The notes beneath the pieces were generated by a model. The model had not been told where the DNA came from, searched no databases, and saw nothing but the letters and a program-made list of their open reading frames with translations. Position numbers and translations under genes: made by a program. Source: a virus (taxonomy: Duplodnaviria > Caudoviricetes). From it: DNA of 64,000 nucleotides. This document shows positions 35,543 to 45,268 of the stretch, in pieces; positions within the stretch are counted from its first letter, which is position 1; every line of letters begins with the position of its first letter. The stretch lies in IMG/VR virus record IMGVR_UViG_3300032320_000838, positions 1 through 64,000 of that record. The stretch is one strand, 5' to 3'.

Positions 35543-36064
35543 TCACTTCTTGTGTTTTTTATCTTCGTGATGTGGTTTGTGTGGTCGTCTTTTCATAGAA
35601 ATCTTACGACGACGATTTGCTTGCGAACGCTTTCTTCTTGCTTTTCTGGCAGCACGGCGTGCTCTTCTCTTCATTTTCATCAGATCTCTGGAAGATCTCT
35701 TCGCACACCTACGACCTATCTTCTTCTGCCCTGGAGGGCACTTAAAGATGATCCTTCTCTTACCCTTGCGAATGACGACTTTTCTTTTGGCAGATGCTTC
35801 CATCAAATCGGATGCGGAAGCAGTATCTAGTTCATAATCTTCCAGTTCTTCCAATACTTCGTCAATCGGATCATATACTTCCACACCCTCTTCGATTATA
35901 CCATATGCGAAGTCGTTTTCCTCAAGAAAAATAGTAAGTTCTTCCACAGGAATAGTATCGGAAACCAAGATCACGCGATCATCTGTTTCTACGATTTCCA
36001 GTAGACCAGTGTTTTCACGCAACTGGTGTAACTTGTGCATTTCCTCTTGTAACTTGTAGCGCAT
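35543..36064 (-). CDS. Acidic-N/basic-C protein resembling prohead core gp68
   Basis: GAGGG RBS; D/E-rich N half and R/K-rich tail KRRARRAARKARRKRSQANRRRKISMKRR. Confidence 0.55.
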   Translation of the reverse strand: MRYKLQEEMHKLHQLRENTGLLEIVETDDRVILVSDTIPVEELTIFLEENDFAYGIIEEGVEVYDPIDEVLEELEDYELDTASASDLMEASAKRKVVIRKGKRRIIFKCPPGQKKIGRRCAKRSSRDLMKMKRRARRAARKARRKRSQANRRRKISMKRRPHKPHHEDKKHKK

Positions 36065-36617
36065 TTAGACCCTCGGTATACCAGTCAGGAACATTACCCA
36101 TCTTCCACTTAGCGAAGCGGGACTTCTCATTTATGTAGTATTGGCGATACGCTGTGACAGGATCTGGATCCTTGTATTGTGGCGGCATTGCCTGTGGAAA
36201 CTCTGTGAGAATATTATGCTTGTGATGAACAAACATCTTTGGAGTATGGATCAAATAGTCCCAATATAGAGATTCCATCTTGTGTACTTTACCGTAACGC
36301 GCAGTGTATTCTTGCAATAATTGCATACCGTGACGACACAACCACTTGTAGTTTTCCCGTGTCTCTATACACCAAGCAGTGCAGGGGTGATTTGGCATAA
36401 CCGCTTTACATAGAATATTGTCCCATTCTGCATCTGGCATAACATATTTCTTATACTTTCTACCAGAAGCAGAAGTGCTATTCAGAGGCACACCGTCAAG
36501 TACACGGTGTGCGGTGGAAAGCATCTGGGCGGTTTCCACGATCATCTTGACCACATGCTTGTCGCACATCTGTTTAGCAGCAATATAAGGATCATTGGCC
36601 AATACAAAGATATTCAT
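36015..36617 (-). CDS. denV: Pyrimidine-dimer DNA glycosylase family (DenV-like)
   Basis: MNIFVL..CDKHVVKMIVETAQMLSTAH..NHPCTAW..NYKWL..YTARYGKVH..PQAMP..YRQYY. Confidence 0.8.
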   Translation of the reverse strand: MNIFVLANDPYIAAKQMCDKHVVKMIVETAQMLSTAHRVLDGVPLNSTSASGRKYKKYVMPDAEWDNILCKAVMPNHPCTAWCIETRENYKWLCRHGMQLLQEYTARYGKVHKMESLYWDYLIHTPKMFVHHKHNILTEFPQAMPPQYKDPDPVTAYRQYYINEKSRFAKWKMGNVPDWYTEGLNALQVTRGNAQVTPVA

Positions 36618-37657
36618 AGTGTCAGGCTTTCCATATAGAGTTCTTGTACGATCTTCTTTAACTTAGATTTGTCATCGACTTCTTCCATAGAGTCGATCTC
36701 GTTATTGATGATTGTAATAGTATCTTCTGTCGTGTCAACTATATCTTCCTTGGAAATCTCAATCACATCTTCTATAAAGGTCACGGAGGTAGGTTGTACC
36801 GAATATATGGCATCAACATACCGATCATAAGTATATGGTTTTGTCTTGTTAGTTACTATAATTTTAACAAAACTATTCTTGTATTTACTGACATCCAATC
36901 CCTTAAGAGGATCTTCTGTTTTGTCATCATAAGTCAACACATAGAACATCTTTCTTTCATTAGGAATGAAAGTCATACTACGATCTTCCGTGTCGAAGAT
37001 GTGGAATCCCTTGATGTCATATGCATCCGAAAATGTTATTTGATAAGGTGTTCCAAGATATGTTATGTTTCCGTCTGACTGCTTTATATGAAAATGACCA
37101 GAATAAACAGCATCAAACTTATCGAACAAGGAAGGAGAAAGACCGTGTTCGTGTTTTACTCCAGACACAACCTGAAATCCGTTGATCTCAAAATGACCCA
37201 TTACAACAGAAACACCAGCATCTTGCAGAAACTTAATACACTCATCTGTATTTGCTTCATTTATCCACGGAACCAGACCAATATCCATACCATCTAGATT
37301 GATAGTAACTGGATTACTGTAAATATGAACATTCTTATAATGAGAAAACAACTCTGACATAGAGTTGATGCTGCTGGTATTTCGATAGAATGTATCGTGA
37401 TTACCTAGAATGATGTGCAGAGTTATATTGTGCTTCTCGAAGAAGGACATAAATCTATCTCTGACTTGTGCCAGAGTATAGAAGTTTACGAACTTTCTTC
37501 GATCTAGAAGATCACCCAGATGTAAGACTGTAGTGATATTATTTTCTAGAAGATAGGGAAAGAACTGTTTTTCGAAGAAAGCGAGAAACTCATCTAGGAA
37601 AAGAGGAGAATCATTCTTCACACCAAAATGCGTATCCGTTACAACGGCAACTTTCAT
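36614..37657 (-). CDS. gp47: Mre11/SbcD-like nuclease
   Basis: TDTHFG, LGDLLD, GNHD, GHFE, SGHFH, YLGTPYQ. Confidence 0.96.
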   Translation of the reverse strand: MKVAVVTDTHFGVKNDSPLFLDEFLAFFEKQFFPYLLENNITTVLHLGDLLDRRKFVNFYTLAQVRDRFMSFFEKHNITLHIILGNHDTFYRNTSSINSMSELFSHYKNVHIYSNPVTINLDGMDIGLVPWINEANTDECIKFLQDAGVSVVMGHFEINGFQVVSGVKHEHGLSPSLFDKFDAVYSGHFHIKQSDGNITYLGTPYQITFSDAYDIKGFHIFDTEDRSMTFIPNERKMFYVLTYDDKTEDPLKGLDVSKYKNSFVKIIVTNKTKPYTYDRYVDAIYSVQPTSVTFIEDVIEISKEDIVDTTEDTITIINNEIDSMEEVDDKSKLKKIVQELYMESLTL

Positions 37658-38145
37658 TCTTTCTTCTTTCCTTTTGGTTTCTTTTCTAGAGTCTGAAAGT
37701 GCTGGGTTTCTTCTTCAGTTATTCCCATCGCTTTTAATATCTCCGAGAAATCACCCTTCTTATCCAGAGACTCTAGATATTTGTATTTTACATAGTTCTG
37801 TTTCTTTTCTTTTTGTATTCGTCTAAGAAAAGCGTAGTAGATTATTTGTGTAAAGTACGAGAAAGGATTGTTGGACTTCTCTGGATCAAAGTTTGCACAA
37901 TACATCAGACAGTTTTCTACCCCATCACTTATCATATCCTCTTTAAAAGGATAGTTCATAAAGTTGGGTTTCTTAGCAAGATTTTCACCTATTTCTAGAA
38001 AGCATCTAGCGATATAGTCAGTCACCTGTGGTTTAGGTTCATCTGTCTCTTCTGCTTCCTTTACTTTCTTCTTCCAATCTAACATCTCTTGATAGAACTT
38101 GGCATTATCTACATAATGCTCTTTTGCTTTCTTTTGTTTCTTCAT
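37654..38145 (-). CDS. gp55: Late sigma factor
   Basis: HYVDN..KPNFMNYPFKEDMISDG.ENC..FDPEKSNNPFSYFTQIIYYAFLRRIQKEKKQ. Confidence 0.96.
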   Translation of the reverse strand: MKKQKKAKEHYVDNAKFYQEMLDWKKKVKEAEETDEPKPQVTDYIARCFLEIGENLAKKPNFMNYPFKEDMISDGVENCLMYCANFDPEKSNNPFSYFTQIIYYAFLRRIQKEKKQNYVKYKYLESLDKKGDFSEILKAMGITEEETQHFQTLEKKPKGKKKE

Positions 38146-38164
38146 AACGAATCTCCTTGCACAG

Positions 38165-38192
38165 ATTATAGATCAAAATGATCTTCAGTCAA
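38165..38192 (-). promoter_or_regulatory. sigma70-type promoter TTGACT-N16-TATAAT upstream of gp55
   Basis: -35 at 38192-38187, -10 at 38170-38165, followed by an AAGGAG RBS. Confidence 0.8.
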
Positions 38193-38220
38193 GAAAATAT
38201 TGAGATTTTGATAGAGGGCC

Positions 38221-38249
38221 TTGACTTTTGTTGGTTGGGCGATTACAAT
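38221..38249 (+). promoter_or_regulatory. Divergent sigma70-type promoter TTGACT-N17-TACAAT
   Basis: -35 at 38221-38226, -10 at 38244-38249; points antisense into the Sm-like/uvsW genes. Confidence 0.6.
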
Positions 38250-38286
38250 CAACTGTGTCAGTTGGAAAGGGAATAAGGCCTAAGAC

Positions 38287-38922
38287 CTACTTAAGATAGT
38301 CATTAGGATCTGGTGACCAGTCGTCGGGACTGTTGCCAAAGGTAAGAGATGGATCTCTTTTATTCTTATTAGCCGCTGACTTTCTTGCAGAAGGAACAGG
38401 TGGAGGAGGCGGAGGTTGGAAATCAGCATCATCCTCTAGATCTAAATCTTCTGGGTCTTCCTCTTCCTCGTCCGCTTCATCATCCAGATCCTCAAACTCA
38501 ATACCTAACAGTTCTAGAAACTGTTCGCTTGCTTCAGGTGGCAGTTGTAGTTGGATGTTCATTTTTTGCATAGGAAAATCATTCTCATCCATACCCTGTG
38601 GAGGCAAGTTGAGAGGAGTAATCTCTTGAGGATTGTCTTCTTTTTCCTTTTCCAGATTATAGACCATAACAAGTTTTTCGTCTGGTTGTAGTATAGCCAA
38701 TATACTATCGTTTGGTATTTCTACTGCTTTATCTGTAGAATATTCTGCCCAGTTACGAATGAGAAGATAATCCCTTACCCCCATACTTTTATCATCCATA
38801 ACAGTCATCGTCTTGAACTGCATTGGTCTTTCTAATATCAGAGTGTTCTTTTCAGTTATAGAACCCAATCCTGCGATTACCGAATCACCGTTCTTGAGTT
38901 TTAATATTCTGTAGTTTTCCAT
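38287..38922 (-). CDS. Sm-like domain protein with acidic/Pro-rich tail
   Basis: YRILKLKNGDSVIA..LILERPMQF..LIRNW; occupies the uvsW-gp55 position where T4-like phages usually carry this gene. Confidence 0.6.
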   Translation of the reverse strand: MENYRILKLKNGDSVIAGLGSITEKNTLILERPMQFKTMTVMDDKSMGVRDYLLIRNWAEYSTDKAVEIPNDSILAILQPDEKLVMVYNLEKEKEDNPQEITPLNLPPQGMDENDFPMQKMNIQLQLPPEASEQFLELLGIEFEDLDDEADEEEEDPEDLDLEDDADFQPPPPPPVPSARKSAANKNKRDPSLTFGNSPDDWSPDPNDYLK

Positions 38923-40418
38923 CAGGATTCTCCTATTGGAATAAGTATTTTCTTATACACGAACTTTTCGGAATCGTAGATTTTTAATCTTTCTACGAAA
39001 TGACGAAGAGTGTGGTTCTGATGCGACTTCCAAGAAAGATCATCTGCAATATCGTACAACTTTGCTTTTTCCTTGTGTTCGGACTTACGCAACTGTCTTC
39101 CTATCGACTGTAGAACTCTAATCCTGCTCTTGGAAGGGGAGGAGAACACAATATTATGTAGTCTTCTAATGGATACACCAGTAGAGAAGGTTCCATAAGA
39201 AGCCACAAGAATGGCATCTTCTTCCTTCTCCACGATATGTCTTATCTGTTCTCTGTCTTCCGCTTCCGTACCACCGTGAATGAAGAACACTTTTCTTTTG
39301 TTTGCCAGTTTCTTTATCTTGTCGAACAGAGGTTGTCCGTGCTTTTCGACAAACTGGAACAATACTAAAGTATTTCCTTTTGTATTCTTTGCAAGTTTGG
39401 CAATAAAATCATTTCTTGCTTCGTTCTGGACCAACCAATCTATCTCTTCTTGATATGTCAACTTTTTTGTGCTTTGGCGTATTTCGTCTGGATATTGTAG
39501 AACCAGGCAATCTATATTGAGTTCAGACAATAGATTCTTTTCCATCAACTCTTTGGTGGATGTGAGACGATGTACTCGACCAAACAATCCTTCGATTACC
39601 AGTTTATGTGTAAAGGAACCGTCAAGAGTTCCTGTTGTTCCTATTCTGTATGGACAATCCTTCAGTTTTGTCATAATACTGGTGAGTGATTTTGATTTAA
39701 ACAAATGACACTCGTCTCCTATGACAGCACTGAACTGCTGAAAATATTTCTCTGGTAGATTGTATATGCTCTGCCAAGTCGTGATGACTATCTTCTTGTC
39801 CGTATCTTTCTCTTGACCACCAAAGATCTTATGACAGTTCTCTCTGCATTTCCAAGAAGTACCTTTTGAGTAATCGAAGAAATCAGAATACATCTGTGAC
39901 ACAAGAGATATTGTGGGAACTATCAGGAGTATTTTCTTATCATCCGCAATCTGGTTTTGTAAATAACGACATATAACATAAATCATCAAACTCTTACCAG
40001 AACCAGTAGGAGAAAGTAACAAACATCTTTCTTTCGACAAAGCGTGAGTTATTCCGTCTATTTGGTGATCGTGTGGATCTATTGTTTTTCCTGCTGCTTT
40101 TAGATCCAGAGTCTTACAATAATCCTTGATGTATTCGGAAGTAATATCTTGGTTATGTGGCTGATCGTGAGTTGTAATAGAATAAGAACGATCATTTGCA
40201 AACTTCACGACATAATCATATAGACCTGCGTAGATTTCCTTGGTGAGTGAGTTGTAGAGTTTTATCTTGCCATCCCACATCTTGTTGCGATATGCTGGCA
40301 TAAACTTGTGACCTGGAACCTGAAATGTGAAATGATCGGACAACTCTTTTGTGAAGCCGGCATCACATTTTACGCGAATGAATACGCTGTTAATAGGTTC
40401 TACTACAAAATCACTCAT
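38922..40418 (-). CDS. uvsW: SF2 helicase
   Basis: PTGSGKS, TTWQS, DECH, GTTGT, QSIGR. Confidence 0.96.
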   Translation of the reverse strand: MSDFVVEPINSVFIRVKCDAGFTKELSDHFTFQVPGHKFMPAYRNKMWDGKIKLYNSLTKEIYAGLYDYVVKFANDRSYSITTHDQPHNQDITSEYIKDYCKTLDLKAAGKTIDPHDHQIDGITHALSKERCLLLSPTGSGKSLMIYVICRYLQNQIADDKKILLIVPTISLVSQMYSDFFDYSKGTSWKCRENCHKIFGGQEKDTDKKIVITTWQSIYNLPEKYFQQFSAVIGDECHLFKSKSLTSIMTKLKDCPYRIGTTGTLDGSFTHKLVIEGLFGRVHRLTSTKELMEKNLLSELNIDCLVLQYPDEIRQSTKKLTYQEEIDWLVQNEARNDFIAKLAKNTKGNTLVLFQFVEKHGQPLFDKIKKLANKRKVFFIHGGTEAEDREQIRHIVEKEEDAILVASYGTFSTGVSIRRLHNIVFSSPSKSRIRVLQSIGRQLRKSEHKEKAKLYDIADDLSWKSHQNHTLRHFVERLKIYDSEKFVYKKILIPIGES

Positions 40419-40423
40419 CCTAT

Positions 40424-40431
40424 TATTTATA
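40424..40431 (-). promoter_or_regulatory. Late promoter TATAAATA
   Basis: Exact T4 late consensus, 5 nt before the uvsW ATG. Confidence 0.6.
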
Positions 40432-40864
40432 CTACACCATTAACGAACTTCTTCCAACTAATGGCATCTCGAATGTGATATTGGCGTGTATTCAGACCTT
40501 TTATAATGCTCTCAAGGTAGTTTACTTTTTCCTGTTGATATTCCATTCGTCCTTCAGCAACAACGAGATCTTCATCGGCATTCATATACAGTTCTACATC
40601 CTGCTTGAGAATGCGAAGAGCAAAAGGTTCCCATCCTTTTTCCTTAAGAGTTTCTTCATCAATTTTACCTGTATAATATTCCCACTTCAGTTTCTGAAGT
40701 TTGCGGAAATCTATTCTGTATTTTTGTAAAAGTAGTTTCTCGTCGTGTAGAATATTTAAATATTTGTTATGAAGACGGGGAACATTAAGAGATTCTTTGT
40801 CTAGAGATGTTTCATCTATTGGCAGATCTTTTTCTGCCATCTCACGAATTTGTTTTAGATCCAT
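40427..40864 (-). CDS. uvsY: Recombination mediator
   Basis: DLPIDETSLDKES..LHNKY..KWEYYTGK..WEPF..LKQD; AAGGA RBS before the ATG at 40864. Confidence 0.9.
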   Translation of the reverse strand: MDLKQIREMAEKDLPIDETSLDKESLNVPRLHNKYLNILHDEKLLLQKYRIDFRKLQKLKWEYYTGKIDEETLKEKGWEPFALRILKQDVELYMNADEDLVVAEGRMEYQQEKVNYLESIIKGLNTRQYHIRDAISWKKFVNGVV

Positions 40865-40865
40865 T

Positions 40866-41426
40866 TTATCCTTCAATAATGTATTCTACATCCATACCAG
40901 AATATGCAAAACGAACATCGCAAGTTGCTGGTTGTATGTCTGTCACAGTAGTAGCAAAATCTATTCCACCTATTTCTATGGGCCAGCATCTAAAGAATGT
41001 GGCTTTCACAAACGGTTTAGATTTACTGTTCATAAGAATCAAAGTCGCATCCGATACTTTTTCTGGTTCCCAAGAGTTCTGTGAGAAATCTCTTTCACCT
41101 GTTAGAAGTTTCATCCAGTTTCTAATTTCAAACCAGTTTGTCATATTTTCATCTACTATGAACTTTACCATAAGATCACCCATAATAGTAGAAGTTCCAG
41201 GTCTTCTGACTTTGGTGGAGTATGGTGTTGGTTGTAATGTCTCTCCTATGATAATACCAGGCAGATTTGCAGATTGACACATATACACGACTGCTGGTGT
41301 TCTGTGTAGAACAAACTTAAACTCGTTTAGTTGCAGAAAGTTGTCGTTGGAAATCTGGCGTGACATCGCGTTCTTCAGCGAAGCACTATCCAAATATGTT
41401 GGCATACCTTTGTTTCGTGGATCCAT
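40866..41426 (-). CDS. gp3: Tail completion / tube terminator protein
   Basis: NFLQLNEFKF.LHRTP..QSANLPG..GDL.VKFIVDENM.NW..SDATL..FFRCWP; GGAG RBS before the ATG at 41426. Confidence 0.85.
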   Translation of the reverse strand: MDPRNKGMPTYLDSASLKNAMSRQISNDNFLQLNEFKFVLHRTPAVVYMCQSANLPGIIIGETLQPTPYSTKVRRPGTSTIMGDLMVKFIVDENMTNWFEIRNWMKLLTGERDFSQNSWEPEKVSDATLILMNSKSKPFVKATFFRCWPIEIGGIDFATTVTDIQPATCDVRFAYSGMDVEYIIEG

Positions 41427-41440
41427 ATTAACTCCCATAG

Positions 41441-41448
41441 TATCTATA
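41441..41448 (-). promoter_or_regulatory. Late promoter variant TATAGATA
   Basis: Just downstream of the gp23 terminator, upstream of gp3. Confidence 0.5.
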
Positions 41449-41453
41449 AACAA

Positions 41454-41479
41454 CAAGGGGGATCTTTCGATCCCCCTTG
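41454..41479 (-). terminator. Rho-independent terminator after gp23
   Basis: CAAGGGGGATC-GAAA-GATCCCCCTTG (11-bp stem, GNRA loop) followed by TTGTTT. Confidence 0.85.
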
Positions 41480-41502
41480 CTTACCTATACATTATTCAAC
41501 TA

Positions 41503-42954
41503 TCAGTTTGAGGCTGGGTTGAATGTGGCGTCATTACCGTGGAGGTTGTCTACACGGAAGATGCGGTAGTATTGGTTGGTGCGGCGAGTGAGTGCTTCGC
41601 CGTCTGGTGTTGTACCACCAACTGTTGTTGTGACGAATGGATTACTTACCATACCGTAACGGGTCTTGAAGCCGATCTTTGGTTGGAATGTACCAGTGTC
41701 AACTGCTCTTACCATTTGGAGAGGTACATATGGGCAGTAGAAGAGGCCTGCATCATATGGACTTGTACCCTTATATCCGAGGCAGACATAATTGATTGGG
41801 GTGAAGTCATTATAGTTGGTTGGCATAGAATATGGGTCGATGTAGACCTTGATTCTACCTTGGTGGAGAGTTCCAGCGAAGGTGTTGCCGTTTACATCAG
41901 TGTTGATTTGACCACTGAATGCTGGGGAGAAGTCGAGAAGACCGCTCATGGAGAGAGCAGCAGCAACATCTGGGGAGACGATTGCGATGTTACCCTTACC
42001 ACGACGGGTTTCTGCACCGATGACATTACATTCACGCTCAATCTGGAATGTCAAGCCACGGAACTTCTCAGCAGACCAACGACCGTCTGAGTCGAGTTCG
42101 AGATCGTATACACCACCGAATGTACTCTGCAACTTTCTTGTTGTCATAGAAGCGAGATCTGCTTGCTTGCAACCAAGTTTAGCAACTTCATAGATTGTAC
42201 GAACGAGTTCGCGGTTGATTTCGAACATAATCTCGGTGGAGAGAATGTTAGCCAACTCTGTCTCAGCATCAAGTCCGTGAACGGCCTTGAGGTCTTGAGC
42301 GAGTTCGGTTGTGTATTCAGCCTTGAGAGCACGGCTCTTAGCAGTTACGGATGTCTTCTCGATGGAGAATGTCATCTCGTTGAATGCTGTACCACCTGCG
42401 GCACCGAGACGCTCGGCTGTGGTTGTTGCCATTGGACGACCTGCTTCGAATGTATTGTCAGAAAGACCGTCTTCGAAGATGTCTGCCATTGTACCGTATG
42501 TTGGGCTGGAGTTAGAACCAGACTTGTTGAGGGCTTCGTTATAGAGAGCCTCGAGGCCGCTTCTTGCTCCGTTAGATTCAACTGCGGAACCGTTTGTGTT
42601 GCCGTACTTAGACTTCATAGCGAAGATGAGTCCTGTTGGACCATTCATTGGCTGTACACCAGCGATGTCGTAAGCCATTAGATTTGGCATAGCACGACGA
42701 ACGAGGCTGATGAGGATTGGATCGAATGCATCAATACCTTGTCCTGCTACAGTAGATGCACCACCGATTGTTCCAAGTCCTGTTCCAGCGATGCCTTGGA
42801 GGCTGTCTTCGCGGAGGAATTTCTCTTGATTCTCAAGAAGGATGGTTGTTACATTCTTCTTGTAGGAATCCTTGATCTCTGGGAGAGCCTTGTGTTCTAC
42901 GATAGGCGCCCACTTCTTTCTTGTGCTTTCATTAAGCATTACTCTGTTATCCAT
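41503..42954 (-). CDS. gp23: Major capsid protein
   Basis: DPILISLVRRAMPNL, GVQPMNGPTGLIFAM, SRALKAEYT.ELAQDLKAVHGLDAE.EL, FYCPYVPL, FQPKIGFKTRY. Confidence 0.98.
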   Translation of the reverse strand: MDNRVMLNESTRKKWAPIVEHKALPEIKDSYKKNVTTILLENQEKFLREDSLQGIAGTGLGTIGGASTVAGQGIDAFDPILISLVRRAMPNLMAYDIAGVQPMNGPTGLIFAMKSKYGNTNGSAVESNGARSGLEALYNEALNKSGSNSSPTYGTMADIFEDGLSDNTFEAGRPMATTTAERLGAAGGTAFNEMTFSIEKTSVTAKSRALKAEYTTELAQDLKAVHGLDAETELANILSTEIMFEINRELVRTIYEVAKLGCKQADLASMTTRKLQSTFGGVYDLELDSDGRWSAEKFRGLTFQIERECNVIGAETRRGKGNIAIVSPDVAAALSMSGLLDFSPAFSGQINTDVNGNTFAGTLHQGRIKVYIDPYSMPTNYNDFTPINYVCLGYKGTSPYDAGLFYCPYVPLQMVRAVDTGTFQPKIGFKTRYGMVSNPFVTTTVGGTTPDGEALTRRTNQYYRIFRVDNLHGNDATFNPASN

Positions 42955-42984
42955 TTTTTTCTCCTTTAACTATTTCTAGTTTTT

Positions 42985-44241
42985 TTAGTTTTTGATTACT
43001 CGATTGATTGTCTCATAATATACTTTCATAGAGGCTGGAACTTCTGCTTCTTCCTCTACTGTTTCTTCTTCCAGAACAACTCTTTCGAAGAGTGGCTTTG
43101 GTGTTTGTTTCTTTGATTCGTTGAGTTGTTTCTTGGAAGATGTCTTTACAACACCTTCTACGAGCACACCAATCTTGGAACGATAGTCTTGTTCAGACTC
43201 AAACTGAACATTTTCTGCAAGTGGGCGAAGTTGCTCTGCTTGCATATTTGTCAGGTTGTTTGTTGCTTCTGCAAAGATTTGTTGTGCTTTGAGTGTCTTG
43301 ATTGTTCCGATGAGTTTGGCGTTTGCTTCGATCTCCTCGTTGAGACGGTTCTCAAGATGATCAACTGCTTCTGCCATCTCATCAAATGCGTTTGCCTTGT
43401 CTTGTGGGACTTCGATATAGGACTCGGTGAAGAGATCCTTGAGTTTGCCCATGAAGTTTTCTGCGATTTCGGTACGAAGACCGTTTTCGATGGCGATCTC
43501 GTTTTCCTTCATCCATTCCTCAACGACATAGTTGAGATATGTGTCAAGTTGCTCTTCGAGTGTGCTCTTGACAGCGAGGATCTTCTCCTCGAACTGTTCT
43601 GCAAGTTCTACACGGAGACTTTCGGCAATTTGAGAAACCTTTGTAACGACTGCTGCTTCGTAGAGAGAAGCGGCCTTGCTTACAAACTCCTCGGAGAGAT
43701 CTTCATCTCCACCGAACATCACACGAACATCGTTCTCAAGTTGTTCTCTCTGAACCGATGGCATGGAAGCGTTTGCAAAAGATGGCTTCATCTGAAGGGA
43801 GGATGCTGCTTGACCAGGAGCATAACCAACGGTTTGCTTGGTTTGTAGTTCGAAACCCTTACCTGCGGCATCGTGAGCAGTTCCACCATGAGCATCGGAT
43901 TCCAGATCATTACCAGCAGATGGAACTCCACCAGTTGGCATTTGAGCACTTGCCCAAGATGGTTTAGTTGCTAAAGTAGAGGCCAGACCACCTGTCTTAG
44001 AAGCACCTTGTGGTGCTGACTGCTTTGGTGCTTCTGGTGCTTCATCTTCATCTTCGTCGCCATAATCTTCGTCTTCAGACTCATCGGCGTCTTCAGCACT
44101 ATCTTCAGCGCCTTCATCTTCGCCTTCGTCCTCGTCTTCTTCGTCTTTTTCTTCCTCTTCGTAGAGATCGTCCTCGTAAACCTCGTCGTTATTCTCGAAC
44201 AAGTTCTCTAATATTTCTTTAGCAAGTTGCTTAGGATCCAT
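42985..44241 (-). CDS. gp22: Prohead core/scaffold protein
   Basis: Very acidic; LSEEFVSKA..LYEAAV..YLNYVVEEWM.ENE.AIE.GLR.E..ENF..LK.LF.E.YIEVP. Confidence 0.92.
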   Translation of the reverse strand: MDPKQLAKEILENLFENNDEVYEDDLYEEEEKDEEDEDEGEDEGAEDSAEDADESEDEDYGDEDEDEAPEAPKQSAPQGASKTGGLASTLATKPSWASAQMPTGGVPSAGNDLESDAHGGTAHDAAGKGFELQTKQTVGYAPGQAASSLQMKPSFANASMPSVQREQLENDVRVMFGGDEDLSEEFVSKAASLYEAAVVTKVSQIAESLRVELAEQFEEKILAVKSTLEEQLDTYLNYVVEEWMKENEIAIENGLRTEIAENFMGKLKDLFTESYIEVPQDKANAFDEMAEAVDHLENRLNEEIEANAKLIGTIKTLKAQQIFAEATNNLTNMQAEQLRPLAENVQFESEQDYRSKIGVLVEGVVKTSSKKQLNESKKQTPKPLFERVVLEEETVEEEAEVPASMKVYYETINRVIKN

Positions 44242-44269
44242 TTTCTATTCTCCTTAAGTGTATACTTTT

Positions 44270-44277
44270 TATTTATA
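44270..44277 (-). promoter_or_regulatory. Late promoter TATAAATA
   Basis: Overlaps the gp21 stop, upstream of the gp22 AGGAG RBS. Confidence 0.7.
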
Positions 44278-44926
44278 ACTTCTTTAGTTTTGACAAAAAA
44301 CTCTCAAATACCTTGAGTTTTGTCTTCTCAAGGTCACGAGATGATGATCTGGATATTTGTTTTTTAGCATTTTCGAGATCTACTGCCTTGAAAATACCGT
44401 GTTCCAGAACCCATTCACGACCTTCCATAATACCATTAACGAATGCATTAGGAGCAGAAGGATCTGCAACAATATCTACTGCGGCAAGCATAAAGTCCTC
44501 TTGGACTTCCTGATAGCCGTTCTTTTCGATCAACGAACCCATACCACGGGAAGAAACACCAAGTTTGGCGCCTTCGTCCATAAGGTTCTTGACGATCTTA
44601 CCGTATGGTGTGTCGAGAACTTTGGCTCTACCGCAGATTTGGTTCTTATCGAAGTGTAGTTCTTTGATCATATGGGCAGCACGCTCAAGATTGACGGTTG
44701 GACCTTCTGGGTGTCCGAGTTCTCCGAGTGCTCTGCTGGTGTTCACATATTCTGTGATGTAGCGGTTTACCTCTTTTTGCATAATAGGCATGGGGTAAAC
44801 TCTACCATTTCTATTTCTCGCATCAGACTCCATAAAGACACCTTCGATGAAATAGTTCTTCTTTCCATCGGTGGATGCTTCTGTGAGGACACGAACATCA
44901 AGTGTTGTTTCGGTGATTAACTTCAT
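44273..44926 (-). CDS. gp21: Prohead protease
   Basis: [36 protein letters not shown]. Confidence 0.97.
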   Translation of the reverse strand: MKLITETTLDVRVLTEASTDGKKNYFIEGVFMESDARNRNGRVYPMPIMQKEVNRYITEYVNTSRALGELGHPEGPTVNLERAAHMIKELHFDKNQICGRAKVLDTPYGKIVKNLMDEGAKLGVSSRGMGSLIEKNGYQEVQEDFMLAAVDIVADPSAPNAFVNGIMEGREWVLEHGIFKAVDLENAKKQISRSSSRDLEKTKLKVFESFLSKLKKL

Positions 44927-45219
44927 TTTTTACCCTTTATGGCCTTACCGATTGCTTTTCTGCGGTTCTTTAGATAAGAATCGGTGTTATTTACTTTTCC
45001 ATCATTATTGATGTCAGAATCCTCTTTACCAACTGGATCTAGTTTTTCATCTATTTGCTCACCACAAGAAGAGCATTCTTCTTCGGTGAAAAGATCAGAA
45101 GCAAGTTCTTTCTTTCTTTCCGCCAAAGCATCACTGACCTTGGAATACAGATTGGCGTTTACGGACTGTTTAAACAGTTCCAGTTCGCCGTTGATTAGGT
45201 GGTTTATTTCATTAGACAT
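44923..45219 (-). CDS. gp67: gp67-like prohead core protein with a DxNxDG motif
   Basis: Position before gp21; LY.K..DAL.ERK.ELA..LF; C-terminal [31 protein letters not shown]. Confidence 0.6.
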   Translation of the reverse strand: MSNEINHLINGELELFKQSVNANLYSKVSDALAERKKELASDLFTEEECSSCGEQIDEKLDPVGKEDSDINNDGKVNNTDSYLKNRRKAIGKAIKGKK

Positions 45220-45239
45220 AAGTTAATCTCCAGTGTTTG

Positions 45240-45263
45240 TATTTATTCATTTCTATTATTTAG
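45240..45263 (-). promoter_or_regulatory. Tandem late promoters CTAAATA (45257-45263) and ATAAATA (45240-45246)
   Basis: Both lie in the 49-nt gap upstream of the gp67-like gene. Confidence 0.6.
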
Positions 45264-45268
45264 TAGAG

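Noticed and set aside
38250-38264. Hairpin CAACTG-TGT-CAGTTG as a terminator
   Set aside because: Only 6 bp with a 3-nt loop and no U-tract on either strand.
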